Assembly: GCA_041576165.1 (NCBI GenBank)
Contig: JBFGLM010000003.1
Coordinates: forward strand, 1 to 64,000
DNA from: Acidimicrobiia bacterium
Lineage (GTDB): Bacteria > Actinomycetota > Acidimicrobiia > Spongiisociales > Spongiisociaceae
DNA length: 64,000 nt
Direction of reading: 5' to 3'
Part shown: piece after piece, positions 1 to 10,097 of the stretch
Layout: every line of letters begins with the position of its first letter
Numbering within the stretch: position 1 is the first letter of the stretch
Made by a program: the position numbers and the translations under genes
Notes under the pieces: model-generated
Seen by the model: only the letters and a program-made list of their open reading frames with translations
Told to the model about the DNA's origin: nothing
Database searches by the model: none

Positions 1-27
1 CTCACCTTTGTTTTCTAGGCTTCGCAC

Positions 28-1986
28 ATGCCGACACCGTTGTGGACCCCGACCGCCGAACAGATCGCTGCCACCCGCCTGGATCGATTCCGCCGAGAGG
101 TCGCCGAGCGCACCGGGCTCGATCTCCCCGACACCCGGGCGCTTCATCAATGGTCGGTTGACAACCCCGGCGAGTTCTGGTCGCTGGTGTGGGACGCCAC
201 CGGCGTGGTCGGGGAAAAAGGACAGGTGGCATTCGAACCGGGGGCCGATATGGCATCCGGCCGATTCTTCCCGCAGGCGTCCCTGAACTTCGCCGAGAAC
301 CTGCTCGACGGCAAGGGACGCCTACCCGACGAACCGGCGATCGAGTTCAAGCGCGAAGACGGCCAGCGGCGAACGCTCAGCTGGAGCCAGCTCCGGGACG
401 AAGTAGCCGCCTGGGCCGCCGCGCTCCGGGCGATGGGGGTTGGACGAGGCGACCGGGTGGCGGCCTGGATGCCGCACGTGCCCGAAACGGTGGTGGCGAT
501 GCTGGCGGCTGCCGCTCTCGGGGCCGTCTTTTCCTCGACCTCGGCGGACTTCGGGACGGCTGGGGTGACGGACCGGTTCGGCCAGATCGAACCGAAGGTG
601 CTGATCGCAGCGGACGGGTATCTCTACGGCGGCCGGAGGTTTGATCGGCTGGAGGCGCTTGCCGAGATCCGAGCGCAGCTACCGAGCCTTCGAAGGGTGG
701 TCGTGATGCCCTATCTGGATCCGAACCCCGACCTATCCGGCGTCGGAAACGCGCTGCTGTACGAGGAGTTCGTTGATCCGCACCGCGCCGCGCCGCTCGA
801 ATTCGAGCGGCTGCCATTCGACCATCCGAATTACATCCTCTATTCATCCGGCACGACCGGGAAACCCAAATGCATGGTCCACCGAGCGGGAGGGATCCTG
901 CTCAAACACCTGCAAGAACAGGCCCACCACGTCGATATCCAGGCCGGCGACCGCATGTTCTTCTTCACGACCTGCGGGTGGATGATGTGGAATTGGCTGG
1001 TCTCGGGCCTGGGTCTGGGAGCGACGATCGTGTTGTTTGACGGCAACCCATTCCATCCCGGTCCGGAGGCTCTGTTCGATCTCGTCGACGAGCTGGACCT
1101 GAAATTGCTGGGCGTGTCGGCCAAGTACATCGATGCAGTGCTCAAGTCGGGTTTACGGCCCATCGATAGCCACCGGCTCGATTCCTTGCGGGTAATCGCC
1201 TCCACCGGCTCACCGTTGTCCCCGGACGGGTTCGTCTTCGTCTACGAAGGGATCAAACGTGATGTGCATCTTGCATCGATCTCAGGTGGTACCGACCTGT
1301 GCGGCTGTTTCGTCGGGGGTGACCCCACCCGGCCGGTATACGCGGGCGAGATCCAGGCTCCGATGCTGGGGATGGACGTGGCGGTCCTCGATGAGGAAGG
1401 AAACCGCGTCACCGGCGAGCAGGGCGAACTCGTCTGCGCCGGTCCGTTCCCTTCGATGCCGATCACCTTCTGGGGGCCCGACGGGGACAAGCGCTACCGC
1501 GAGGCTTACTTCGATCGGTTCCCTGGAGTCTGGACGCACGGAGACTTCGCCATGTGGACCGGCCGCGGCGGCATGGTGATACTCGGCCGGTCGGACGCCA
1601 CCCTCAATTCGGCGGGGGTGCGGATCGGAACCGCAGAGATCTACCGGGTCGTCGAACAGTTTTCCGAGGTGGCCGAAGCGGTCGCCGTCGGCCAGCAGTG
1701 GGACAACGACACCCGCATAGTGCTTTTCGTCCGGCTGGCGGATGGCGCTGAACTCACCAGAGAGCTGGAACAACAGATCCGGCAAAGGCTGCGGACAGAG
1801 GAATCCCCTCGCCACGTGCCCGCGGTGATCACCGCGGTTACCGACATTCCCCGGACTCGCAGCGGGAAGATCAGTGAGCTGGCGGTCACCGCGGTCGTGA
1901 ACGGCCGGGACGTCAAGAACACCGAGGCGCTGGCCAATCCGGAGGCGCTCGAGCTGTTCCGCGACCGCGCCGAACTGGCCGGCTGA
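28..1986 (+). CDS. Acetoacetate--CoA ligase
   Basis: 652 aa; AMP-binding YSSGTTGKPK plus FFFTTCGWMMWNWL, SISGGTD and GRSDATLN motifs. TAGGCT lies 6 nt before the ATG (leaderless). Confidence 0.92.
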   Translation: MPTPLWTPTAEQIAATRLDRFRREVAERTGLDLPDTRALHQWSVDNPGEFWSLVWDATGVVGEKGQVAFEPGADMASGRFFPQASLNFAENLLDGKGRLPDEPAIEFKREDGQRRTLSWSQLRDEVAAWAAALRAMGVGRGDRVAAWMPHVPETVVAMLAAAALGAVFSSTSADFGTAGVTDRFGQIEPKVLIAADGYLYGGRRFDRLEALAEIRAQLPSLRRVVVMPYLDPNPDLSGVGNALLYEEFVDPHRAAPLEFERLPFDHPNYILYSSGTTGKPKCMVHRAGGILLKHLQEQAHHVDIQAGDRMFFFTTCGWMMWNWLVSGLGLGATIVLFDGNPFHPGPEALFDLVDELDLKLLGVSAKYIDAVLKSGLRPIDSHRLDSLRVIASTGSPLSPDGFVFVYEGIKRDVHLASISGGTDLCGCFVGGDPTRPVYAGEIQAPMLGMDVAVLDEEGNRVTGEQGELVCAGPFPSMPITFWGPDGDKRYREAYFDRFPGVWTHGDFAMWTGRGGMVILGRSDATLNSAGVRIGTAEIYRVVEQFSEVAEAVAVGQQWDNDTRIVLFVRLADGAELTRELEQQIRQRLRTEESPRHVPAVITAVTDIPRTRSGKISELAVTAVVNGRDVKNTEALANPEALELFRDRAELAG

Positions 1987-2109
1987 CCCTGTTTCCCTGC
2001 CGGTCTGGTAAAAGGACCGCATGGCAGACGCAACGCCGCTCCGGTGAGTGCACGACCACCTCGGCTCCGGCGGAGCGGCCGCGGGTCGCCCGTCGGAGAT
2101 TCGGAGCCG

Positions 2110-3882
2110 ATGCGGGCCGCCGATCTTCGCCAACTCACGCGCCTCGTTGCGTTCCTACGTCCGTACCGCGCCCGCCTGGCGGCGGCGATCGGCTCAGTGG
2201 TTGTGGCCTCGGCCATGGGGCTGGTTTTCCCGCTGGTCATCGGGCGGCTGGTGGATTCCGCGCTCGCCGGAACTGCCGGGGGAGATCCAGCAACCCTCAA
2301 CCGGATCGCTCTGCTCTTGCTCGCCGTGTTCGCGGTCCAGGGGGTGTTCAACTACGTACAGCATTATCAACTGGCGGCCGTCGGCGAGGGCGTCGTCGCC
2401 GACTTGCGAGTGCGCCTGTACTCACACCTGATGTTGCTCTCGATCAAGTTCTTCGAATCGCGCAAGACCGGTGAGATCACCTCCCGCCTCACTTCAGATG
2501 TCGCCGTGATTCAGCTGACCGTGTCTCATTCCATCGCTCAACTGGCCAGCCAGTCTCTGACGCTGGCGGGCGGCGTCGTGATGCTGTTCGTCATCAGCGT
2601 CAAACTGTCGGTCACGGTCCTGGTCGTCGTACCGCTGCTGATTGGAGCAGCCCGCTTCTTCGGTGCCCGCCTCGAGCGTTTGTCGACTGCATTCCAGGAC
2701 AAGGTGGCAGAGGCGAATGCGGTTGCCGAGGAGGCAATATCCGGCATCCGGGTGGTGCAGTGGTTCGGAGCCCAAGGCACCCTGGTCGGCCGGTACTCTG
2801 GTTCGATTGCTGCCTCGTACCGCGTAGCCCTGCGCCGGGCACGGCTTCGCGCACTGTTCGTGCCGGCGGTGCAGTTCGCCGTGTTCTCCACCATTGCTTT
2901 GGTGTTGTGGTTCGGGGGGCGACTGGTGCTGACGGGCGAGCTGACCGGGGGCGATCTCGTGACCTTTCTGCTGTATACGTTCACGGTGGCGGGGGCGATT
3001 GGCACCTTCACCGGCCTGTTCAGTCAGCTGAAGGAGGCGCTGGGCTCGACCCGGCGCATATTCGAGATGCTGGATGAGGTCAGCGAGATCGTGGATCCCG
3101 AGCGCCCGGTCCCGCTAGAGGCCGTGGCCGGTGCCGTGACATTCGATCACGTTTCTTTTGCGTACTCTGACCGTGCGGGGGACGTTCTGACCGGCGTCAG
3201 CCTGCAGGCGTCGCCGGGCGAGGTCATCGCACTGGTTGGACCCAGCGGGGCTGGAAAGTCCACGCTGGTTCAGTTGATCGCTCGTTTTTTCGACCCGACC
3301 GGCGGTGGAATCTGCATCGACGGCATCGATGTCCGTGACGTGAAGCTGGAGGACTTGCGGAGCCACATGGCGGCCGTGCCGCAAGACACCCACCTGTTCT
3401 CGGGTTCGATTGCCGACAACATCCGCATTGGCAAGGTGGACGCTTCCGAGGGCGAGGTACGGACGGTGGCGGCGGCCGCCAATGCCGCGGAGTTCATCGA
3501 GAGCTTTCCCGACGGGTACGACACGCTGGTCGGTGAGCGAGGTGTGAAGCTCTCGGGCGGTCAGCGGCAGCGGGTGGCGATAGCTCGGGCGCTGCTCAAG
3601 GACCCGCGCATTCTGATCCTGGACGAGGCCACTAGCGCGCTCGATTCGGAGTCCGAGGCGGTCGTCCAGGACGCCTTGCGCCTGCTGATGGAGGGTCGGA
3701 CGACGTTTGTCATCGCCCACCGTCTGAGCACCGTGCGCGATGCCGACCGCATCGTGGTCCTCGATGCCGGCCGCATCGTGGAGGAGGGAACGCACGACAC
3801 TCTCACGGCGCGGGGAGGCCTCTACGCCGAGCTGTCACAGCGCCAATTTCGCGCCGACCCGGAAGCGCCCGCCGAGAGGTGA
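2110..3882 (+). CDS. ABC exporter, fused permease/ATPase (MsbA-like)
   Basis: N-terminal TM domain, Walker A GPSGAGKS, LSGGQRQR, ILILDEATSALD. ATG 2110 preferred over GTG 2044. Confidence 0.88.
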   Translation: MRAADLRQLTRLVAFLRPYRARLAAAIGSVVVASAMGLVFPLVIGRLVDSALAGTAGGDPATLNRIALLLLAVFAVQGVFNYVQHYQLAAVGEGVVADLRVRLYSHLMLLSIKFFESRKTGEITSRLTSDVAVIQLTVSHSIAQLASQSLTLAGGVVMLFVISVKLSVTVLVVVPLLIGAARFFGARLERLSTAFQDKVAEANAVAEEAISGIRVVQWFGAQGTLVGRYSGSIAASYRVALRRARLRALFVPAVQFAVFSTIALVLWFGGRLVLTGELTGGDLVTFLLYTFTVAGAIGTFTGLFSQLKEALGSTRRIFEMLDEVSEIVDPERPVPLEAVAGAVTFDHVSFAYSDRAGDVLTGVSLQASPGEVIALVGPSGAGKSTLVQLIARFFDPTGGGICIDGIDVRDVKLEDLRSHMAAVPQDTHLFSGSIADNIRIGKVDASEGEVRTVAAAANAAEFIESFPDGYDTLVGERGVKLSGGQRQRVAIARALLKDPRILILDEATSALDSESEAVVQDALRLLMEGRTTFVIAHRLSTVRDADRIVVLDAGRIVEEGTHDTLTARGGLYAELSQRQFRADPEAPAER

Positions 3883-3956
3883 GCCCGTCCGAGGGGGTGG
3901 GGTCCGACCCGGAGCCGAATCCCCGGCCGTCGACTGTGCAGGGCATACTTGTTGCT

Positions 3957-4490
3957 ATGCATCGCAATATCACGGAACTCGAGGCTCAGCTCGATCATCT
4001 GGTGGCGGCTCCGGCCGACGACGGCCTGATCGAGATGATTGTGCGAAGACCACAGGATGGTGAGCGGGAAGTGGTGGAGACCGCCGACCTGGATCCCGAC
4101 CTGGGCCTGATCGGAGACAATTGGCAGGAACGCGGCGGCGACGACCCGGTGAACCCGCTCACGCAGGTGACACTGATGAATTCCCGGGTGGCGCAGGCAG
4201 TAGCCGGCAGCCGGGAGCGATGGCCGCTGGCCGGAGATCAGATCTACGTCGATATGGACCTCGGGGAGGAGAACCTCCCGCCCGGCACCAGGCTGCACGT
4301 TGGGACCGCGACGGTCGAGATCACCTCGCAGCCGCACACCGGTTGCGCCAAGTTCTCTGACCGCTTCGGGGCTCAGGCGCTGCGCTTTGTCAACATCGGG
4401 CCGGCCAAGGCGCACCGGTTGCGGGGCGTGTACGCCCAGGTGATCGAAGGCGGCCGGCTCGAGGTCGGGCAGCGGGTCCGCAAGGCCTGA
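3957..4490 (+). CDS. MOSC domain protein
   Basis: GLIGDNW, AGDQIYVDMDL, PHTGCAKF and LRGVYAQV motifs. ATG 3957 chosen because CATACT lies 7 nt upstream. Confidence 0.8.
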   Translation: MHRNITELEAQLDHLVAAPADDGLIEMIVRRPQDGEREVVETADLDPDLGLIGDNWQERGGDDPVNPLTQVTLMNSRVAQAVAGSRERWPLAGDQIYVDMDLGEENLPPGTRLHVGTATVEITSQPHTGCAKFSDRFGAQALRFVNIGPAKAHRLRGVYAQVIEGGRLEVGQRVRKA

Positions 4491-4495
4491 GCGCC

Positions 4496-5722
4496 TCAGC
4501 CCAATTGCGACCTGATCCAGGTGGCGAGCACCTCGGCGCACTCGGCTACCTGGGCGATCGGCACGTATTCGTCAGCGGCATGGGCCAGGCGAACGTGCCC
4601 GGGCCCGTACATGACGGTGGGGGTGTTTCCGTGGTTGATGCACAGCCGCATGTCCGCCCCGTACGGGACACCGATCAACGCGGGCGCATCTCCGGTTGCA
4701 CGGCTGGCGCTGGCCCGCAGACTCGTCGGGAGCGGATGGTCGGTGGGCAGGGCCGCCGAGTCGAAGCGGCCTCCCCACACGGATACTCGAGGGGGATTGG
4801 CCGCGAGAAACGAGTGACCGGCGGCGGCAGCTGCCACCACCCGCCGCAGCTCCGCCTCGGCCTCATCGCAGTTTTGGCCCAGCCGGACTCCGTATCGCCC
4901 ATCCGCCAGGACCCGGTCCATCACGCTCGAAGCCCAGGTCCCGCCGGCAACGCGGCCGATGATCGTCGGGTAGGGCAGGCCCAGTGCGGTCATCAGCGGG
5001 TCGGCTTCCTCGGCGTTTCGCTGCGCCTCGTCTTCGGCCAGCGAGCCCACCAGATAGGAGAGGTTGTCGAGCGCGGAGACTCCCTCCGTTCGTACCGACG
5101 CATGCGCGGCTTTGCCGGGAACGTCGAGGGTGAACGTGATCGCACCGGCGTGCGCGACCACTACGTCGAGATCGGTCGGCTCCGTGATCACGCACGCGTC
5201 GGCCGTGAGACCTCTGGCCAGCGCCGCAAACGTGCCCGCCCCGCCGTCTTCCTCGGAAGGAACGGCGACTGCCACGATCTCACCCGCCAGGTCATCCGGC
5301 GCCACCAGGCGGACCGCCTCCAGGATCGCAACCACACCTCCCTTCATGTCACAGGCCCCCCGGCCGTACATGTTTCCTCCGACGAGACGCGGTTCGAAGG
5401 CGGGTGAGGTCCAGCTGTTGGCCTCGCCCGGTGGTACGACGTCGACGTGCCCGAGCAGCATCAGCCTCGGCCCCGGTCGGCTGCCGCGGCGGTGGGCGGC
5501 CACGATCGGCAGTGTGGCCCTATCGATCTCGACGCCCGGAAACCCAGGCAGCTCGGCAACCTCGTCCAGCTCGACATCGTGGCGAACCACCTCCATCCCC
5601 GATTCGGCAAAAAGCTCTGCCATGGTCTCCTGCACGGCAGCCTCATCGCCAGTGACCGACGGGATAGCGATCAGGCGGGCCAGCTGATCGGAGATCCGGT
5701 CGAGCTGGGCGGCGGCGGTCAT
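4496..5722 (-). CDS. ArgE/DapE family M20 deacylase
   Basis: GHVDVVP, GRGACDMKGG, EEDGG, EPT and AHAADE metal-binding motifs. Confidence 0.88.
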   Translation of the reverse strand: MTAAAQLDRISDQLARLIAIPSVTGDEAAVQETMAELFAESGMEVVRHDVELDEVAELPGFPGVEIDRATLPIVAAHRRGSRPGPRLMLLGHVDVVPPGEANSWTSPAFEPRLVGGNMYGRGACDMKGGVVAILEAVRLVAPDDLAGEIVAVAVPSEEDGGAGTFAALARGLTADACVITEPTDLDVVVAHAGAITFTLDVPGKAAHASVRTEGVSALDNLSYLVGSLAEDEAQRNAEEADPLMTALGLPYPTIIGRVAGGTWASSVMDRVLADGRYGVRLGQNCDEAEAELRRVVAAAAAGHSFLAANPPRVSVWGGRFDSAALPTDHPLPTSLRASASRATGDAPALIGVPYGADMRLCINHGNTPTVMYGPGHVRLAHAADEYVPIAQVAECAEVLATWIRSQLG

Positions 5723-6576
5723 GTGCGGAGGATCGGCCGGGTCAGGCAGGTGGGTCCGCCGCTGCCGTTGATACAGATCTCCTGGCCCGCAGTGGGGTGA
5801 ACCTCAACTCCCAGCCGCTCCAGCAGGCGCCGGGTTCGTGGATTACCGTCGACGGCGACAACCACGCCGGGTCGCACGGCCAGGACATTGGCAGCGAGTG
5901 AGGCCGACTCCTCAGCCGGGATTTCGACGAGCTTGTATCCGAGTTCATGCAGCAGTGAGTACAGACCCGAAGGGAGGAGCGGAACGTCGATCACCGCCAA
6001 ATTCTCGGCAATCATCGAGATGGCGCTCATCAGGTGCAGGCATTGGGCCGGCCCGCCCGCCACCGGCACGTCGAAAACGGCTGTGCGCTCCGGCACCAGG
6101 CCTCGCAGTTGATCGATTCCGGCCTGATTGGTACGCAGCGAACGTCCGACGCAGATGAGATCCTCCTGCAGCCAGAAGACGTCGCCGCCGTCGACCGTGC
6201 CCGGCGCTTCGACCCGTCCGCGGATCGGTATCCCCGCGTCGTCGAACCAGTCTTGGTGGACGGCGACCTCTTGGCGGCGACTCGCCTTGCCCGGCCGGAG
6301 CAGCACCACTCCTTCGCCGGTGACCAGGGTCGGATCGTATGTGTAGATCAGGTCCGGGCCGGTGCCGTTTCCGTCCAGATGGTGAACGGTGACGCCGAGA
6401 CTGCACAGCGTCTCCACGAAGGCGTCGTGTTCACGCCACGCTCGGTCGAAATCAACCGGGCGCACGAACCCGAAGGCGGGATTCTCGAAGGCCCGGGCAA
6501 AGTCCCCATCGGGCGCGTGTACCAGCGCGCTTGCCAGCGGCGCCACCATTGAGCCGACGCCGAACGGGACCGTCAT
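5719..6576 (-). CDS. Amidinotransferase / dimethylarginine dimethylaminohydrolase family protein
   Basis: DGGD, GRSLRTN, LHL and C-terminal GGPTCLT (catalytic Cys). ATGA overlaps with both neighbours. Confidence 0.82.
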   Translation of the reverse strand: MTVPFGVGSMVAPLASALVHAPDGDFARAFENPAFGFVRPVDFDRAWREHDAFVETLCSLGVTVHHLDGNGTGPDLIYTYDPTLVTGEGVVLLRPGKASRRQEVAVHQDWFDDAGIPIRGRVEAPGTVDGGDVFWLQEDLICVGRSLRTNQAGIDQLRGLVPERTAVFDVPVAGGPAQCLHLMSAISMIAENLAVIDVPLLPSGLYSLLHELGYKLVEIPAEESASLAANVLAVRPGVVVAVDGNPRTRRLLERLGVEVHPTAGQEICINGSGGPTCLTRPILRT

Positions 6577-7835
6577 CTGGGGGCGGCGATGTCGCGGCGG
6601 AACTGCTTGCCCTTGAAGTTGATCCCGGCGACGGCCGCATAAGCTGCCGTTCGGGCATCCTCGACCGTGGCACCCCGACCGACCACGTTGAGGACCCGCC
6701 CCCCGTTGGTGACGAGGTCGTGGCCCGAGCGGGCAGTGCCGGCATGAAAGATGAGGACGTCCGGGTCCTGCTCTGCCTTGCCGAGCCCGGTGATGACATC
6801 GCCCCGGCGGGGATCAGTCGGGTATCCCTGCGCTGCCAGTACGACATCAACTGCGGCGCCTGGACTCCATGCGACGGCATGGCCTCCGCCCGATCCTTGC
6901 GTCGCCGCCTGCAACAGTTCGACTAGGTCCCCCTCGAGCCGTGGCAGCACGACCTGGGTCTCGGGGTCACCGAGGCGGCAGTTGAATTCGAGCACCTTGG
7001 GTCCATCAGACGTCAGCACCAGTCCCGTGTAGAGAAACCCGACGTATGGGATGCCGCGGGCCGCCATCACCGCCAGCACCGGCCGGACGACCTCATCAAT
7101 CGTCGAGTCCACCAGACCACCGGGCAGGTCCGCCACCGGGCTGAAACATCCCATTCCACCGGTGTTCGGGCCGTTGTCGCCATCACCAAGCCGCTTGTAG
7201 TCACGGGCCGGTTCGAGCCCGAGCGCATCCGAGCCATCGCACACTGCAAAGACCGAAACCTCCGGCCCGGCGAGATGATCTTCGATGACGACGCGGGACC
7301 CGGCGTCGCCGAAGCCCCCTGCGAGACAATGGTGTACCCATGCTTCGGCCTCAGCGAGTTCCTCGGTGACCAACACTCCCTTGCCGGCCGCGAGTCCGTC
7401 GGCCTTCACCACGAATGGTCCCGAGCTGGCTTTGAGGTAGTCGATGGCGGGACCTGTGTCGGTGAACACTTCGGCGCGAGCCGTCGGAACCCCGGCTTCG
7501 GCCATTATCTCCTTGGCATACGCCTTCGATGATTCGAGCCGGGCCGCCGCCCGGTCCGGGCCGAACACTGCGATGCCGGCGGCTCGGAGTGCGTCGCCCA
7601 CTCCCGCCGCCAGTGGAGCCTCCGGACCGACCACCACCAGATCCACGTCTTGCTGCCGGGCGAGCGCCGCCACCGCGCCGGCGTCCGTAGCAGAAACGCC
7701 CTCGATCATTGTCCCGAGCGCAGCCAGTCCCGGGTTGCCGGGCACCAGCATCAGCTCTTGCACCGCCGGGCTCTGACGCAGCTTCCAGCCAATGGCATGC
7801 TCCCGGCCGCCGCCACCTAGCAGGAGAACCCGCAT
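6573..7835 (-). CDS. purD: Phosphoribosylamine--glycine ligase
   Basis: LLGGGGREHA, VVKADGLAAGKGV, GPNTGGMG, LEFNCRLGDPETQ. Start ATG overlaps the purA stop. Confidence 0.96.
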   Translation of the reverse strand: MRVLLLGGGGREHAIGWKLRQSPAVQELMLVPGNPGLAALGTMIEGVSATDAGAVAALARQQDVDLVVVGPEAPLAAGVGDALRAAGIAVFGPDRAAARLESSKAYAKEIMAEAGVPTARAEVFTDTGPAIDYLKASSGPFVVKADGLAAGKGVLVTEELAEAEAWVHHCLAGGFGDAGSRVVIEDHLAGPEVSVFAVCDGSDALGLEPARDYKRLGDGDNGPNTGGMGCFSPVADLPGGLVDSTIDEVVRPVLAVMAARGIPYVGFLYTGLVLTSDGPKVLEFNCRLGDPETQVVLPRLEGDLVELLQAATQGSGGGHAVAWSPGAAVDVVLAAQGYPTDPRRGDVITGLGKAEQDPDVLIFHAGTARSGHDLVTNGGRVLNVVGRGATVEDARTAAYAAVAGINFKGKQFRRDIAAPR

Positions 7836-9109
7836 CAATCTCGGTTGATCAACTGGCTGCGTTCCGGACCGACCGACACCCACCGGATCGGCACTCCGAC
7901 CCGCTCCTCGATGAGCTCCACGTACTGGCGGGCCTCTTTGGGGAGTGAGTGATAGTCGGTGATGCCGGAAATGTCGGTGCGCCAGCCGGGTACCTCTTCG
8001 TAGACCGGCGTGCAGTTGTACAGCACCCGCTGCTGGCGGGGGAACTCCGAGTAGCTCTCCCCCAGGGAGGTGTAGCCGTCGGCGATCCGGATGGTCTCGA
8101 ACTCAGACAGGACATCGAGTTTGGTGAGGAAGAGTTTCGTGAGGCTGTTCACCCGGGCGGCGTAGCGCAGTGCCACCAGGTCCAACCAGCCGCAGCGACG
8201 GCGGCGCCCGGTGACGACGCCATATTCTCCGCCAACGGTCACCATTCGCTCACCGACCTCGTCGAACAGTTCGGTGGGGAAGGGGCCAGTACCGACCCGG
8301 GAGATGTACGCCTTCGCAACACCGACAACGTCGTCAACCATCCTCGGTCCGATACCGGATCCGGTCAGGGCGCCGCCGGCAGTCGGGTTGGATGACGTCA
8401 CGAATGGATACGTTCCATGGTCGATGTCGAGCAGCGTCCCTTGCGCGCCCTCGAACAGAACTGATTTGCCGTCGCGCAGCGCCTCGTACAGCAACAAGGA
8501 CGTGTCGGCGGCGTATTTGATCAGCCGCTGCGCATAGGAGAGGTACTCCTCGATGATCGGCTCGGGATCCATCGGCAGCTGGTTGTACACGCGGGTCAGG
8601 ATTTTGTTCTTGTCGGCCAGGTTCACTTCTACCTTGTCGCGGAAGATCTTGGGGTCGAACAGGTCCTGGACCCTGATGCCGGTACGGGAGTACTTGTCCG
8701 TGTAGGCCGGTCCGATACCGCGCTTGGTCGTGCCGATCTTGTGACGTCCCAGATACCGTTCCATCACCGCGTCGAGCTTGCGGTGATACGGCATGATGAG
8801 GTGGGCGTTGCCCGAGATGCGTAGGCCCCCGGCGTCGATGCCGCGCTCGGTCAACATGTCGACCTCGGCCAGCAGCACCTCCGGATCGATGACGACGCCA
8901 GACGCGATGACGGGAGTCACGGTGGGATACATGACGCCCGAAGGCACGAGCGAGAGGGCGTACGACTCCTCGCCGATCACGATCGTGTGTCCAGCGTTGT
9001 TGCCGCCCTGATAACGCACGACGTAATCGGCGTTGCGGGCGAACAGGTCGGTGACCCGGCCCTTTCCTTCATCTCCCCATTGGGCTCCCAACACGATCGT
9101 TGCCGGCAT
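7835..9109 (-). CDS. purA: Adenylosuccinate synthetase
   Basis: GAQWGDEGKG, GGNNAGHT, GTTKRGIGPAY, EGAQG, TGRRRRCGW. GGAGG RBS. Confidence 0.97.
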   Translation of the reverse strand: MPATIVLGAQWGDEGKGRVTDLFARNADYVVRYQGGNNAGHTIVIGEESYALSLVPSGVMYPTVTPVIASGVVIDPEVLLAEVDMLTERGIDAGGLRISGNAHLIMPYHRKLDAVMERYLGRHKIGTTKRGIGPAYTDKYSRTGIRVQDLFDPKIFRDKVEVNLADKNKILTRVYNQLPMDPEPIIEEYLSYAQRLIKYAADTSLLLYEALRDGKSVLFEGAQGTLLDIDHGTYPFVTSSNPTAGGALTGSGIGPRMVDDVVGVAKAYISRVGTGPFPTELFDEVGERMVTVGGEYGVVTGRRRRCGWLDLVALRYAARVNSLTKLFLTKLDVLSEFETIRIADGYTSLGESYSEFPRQQRVLYNCTPVYEEVPGWRTDISGITDYHSLPKEARQYVELIEERVGVPIRWVSVGPERSQLINRD

Positions 9110-9309
9110 AGATCAGGCCTCCATGGACATGCGGCGATGGTAGGCGAACGATGGGCGGTGAGTCTTGGGTCTTCGGTCCTCATTGGTCGGAGCGCGGTTA
9201 CGTCTGCGGACGGGTCGGTCTGCCCCGCCGAGGTGGGTCGCCTCTCGTCGGCCACCGACCGACACGTCGTCGGAAACTGGCCCCGGCCCGCGGGGTACCC
9301 TCTTCAGTG

Positions 9310-9942
9310 ATGCCACGTATTCGCGCCGAGTCCATCGCAGAGCATCGCGCCCTCACCCGCAGCGAGATCCTCCAGGCGGCACAGGATCTCTTCGCCGAGT
9401 TTGGGTACGAGGACACGTCGTTCGGGGACATCGCCGCAGCGGTCGGTATCGGGCGGACCACGTTGTACGACTACTTCACCGACAAGGACGATCTGCTGGC
9501 CTCACTGGTCGAAGACACACTGCCATCCACGATCATGGGAATGGTGTCGGAGATCCCGGGCGACCTCGGGCCGAGCGAGCGCCTGCGGTTGCTGACCGTG
9601 AAGATGATCGAGTTCGTCGCGGTGGACGAAACGCTTGGCCTGCTCCTCCACCGGGAGGTCCCGAAACTCTCGCCTCACGCCCAGGAACGAGTGGCGGTTG
9701 CACACGCCGATCTGTCGAAGGAGTTTGCAGAGGTCTATCGGGGAGCGGTCGCGGCGGGCGAGCTGAAGATGCTGCCCCGGGGGTTGGCCGGGCGGTTCCT
9801 CAATGATCTGATCATGTCGGCCGCCAAGGCTTTGATCGACTCCAAGGACCCCCAGGCGAAGCTGGCGGAGATCACCAACGCCGCCGTCGACCTTCTCTTC
9901 CATGGCTTGGCGGCCGGCCCAGACAGCGCGATCGCGCAATGA
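9310..9942 (+). CDS. TetR/AcrR family regulator
   Basis: N-terminal HTH (DIAAAVGIGRTTLYDYFTDKDDL). Start trimmed to ATG 9310, downstream of TACCCT. Confidence 0.88.
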   Translation: MPRIRAESIAEHRALTRSEILQAAQDLFAEFGYEDTSFGDIAAAVGIGRTTLYDYFTDKDDLLASLVEDTLPSTIMGMVSEIPGDLGPSERLRLLTVKMIEFVAVDETLGLLLHREVPKLSPHAQERVAVAHADLSKEFAEVYRGAVAAGELKMLPRGLAGRFLNDLIMSAAKALIDSKDPQAKLAEITNAAVDLLFHGLAAGPDSAIAQ

Positions 9943-10097
9943 GACAGGTCCGGAACAGCCCGCCTGGCGTGCTGTGGACATCAGCGGCTCTACGGCTGCC
10001 ATGACGGCATGGACAACCACCAAGCGTCATTTCAGGTCCGGGCCTCGCCCCTAGTTCACGGTCCTTGCGCCCATCCAGCTGACAGAGGACCAGACCT

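Noticed and set aside
9945-9960. CAGGTCCGGAACAGCC resembling SRP RNA helix 8
   Set aside because: Lacks the GGAAG segment and the long enclosing stem.
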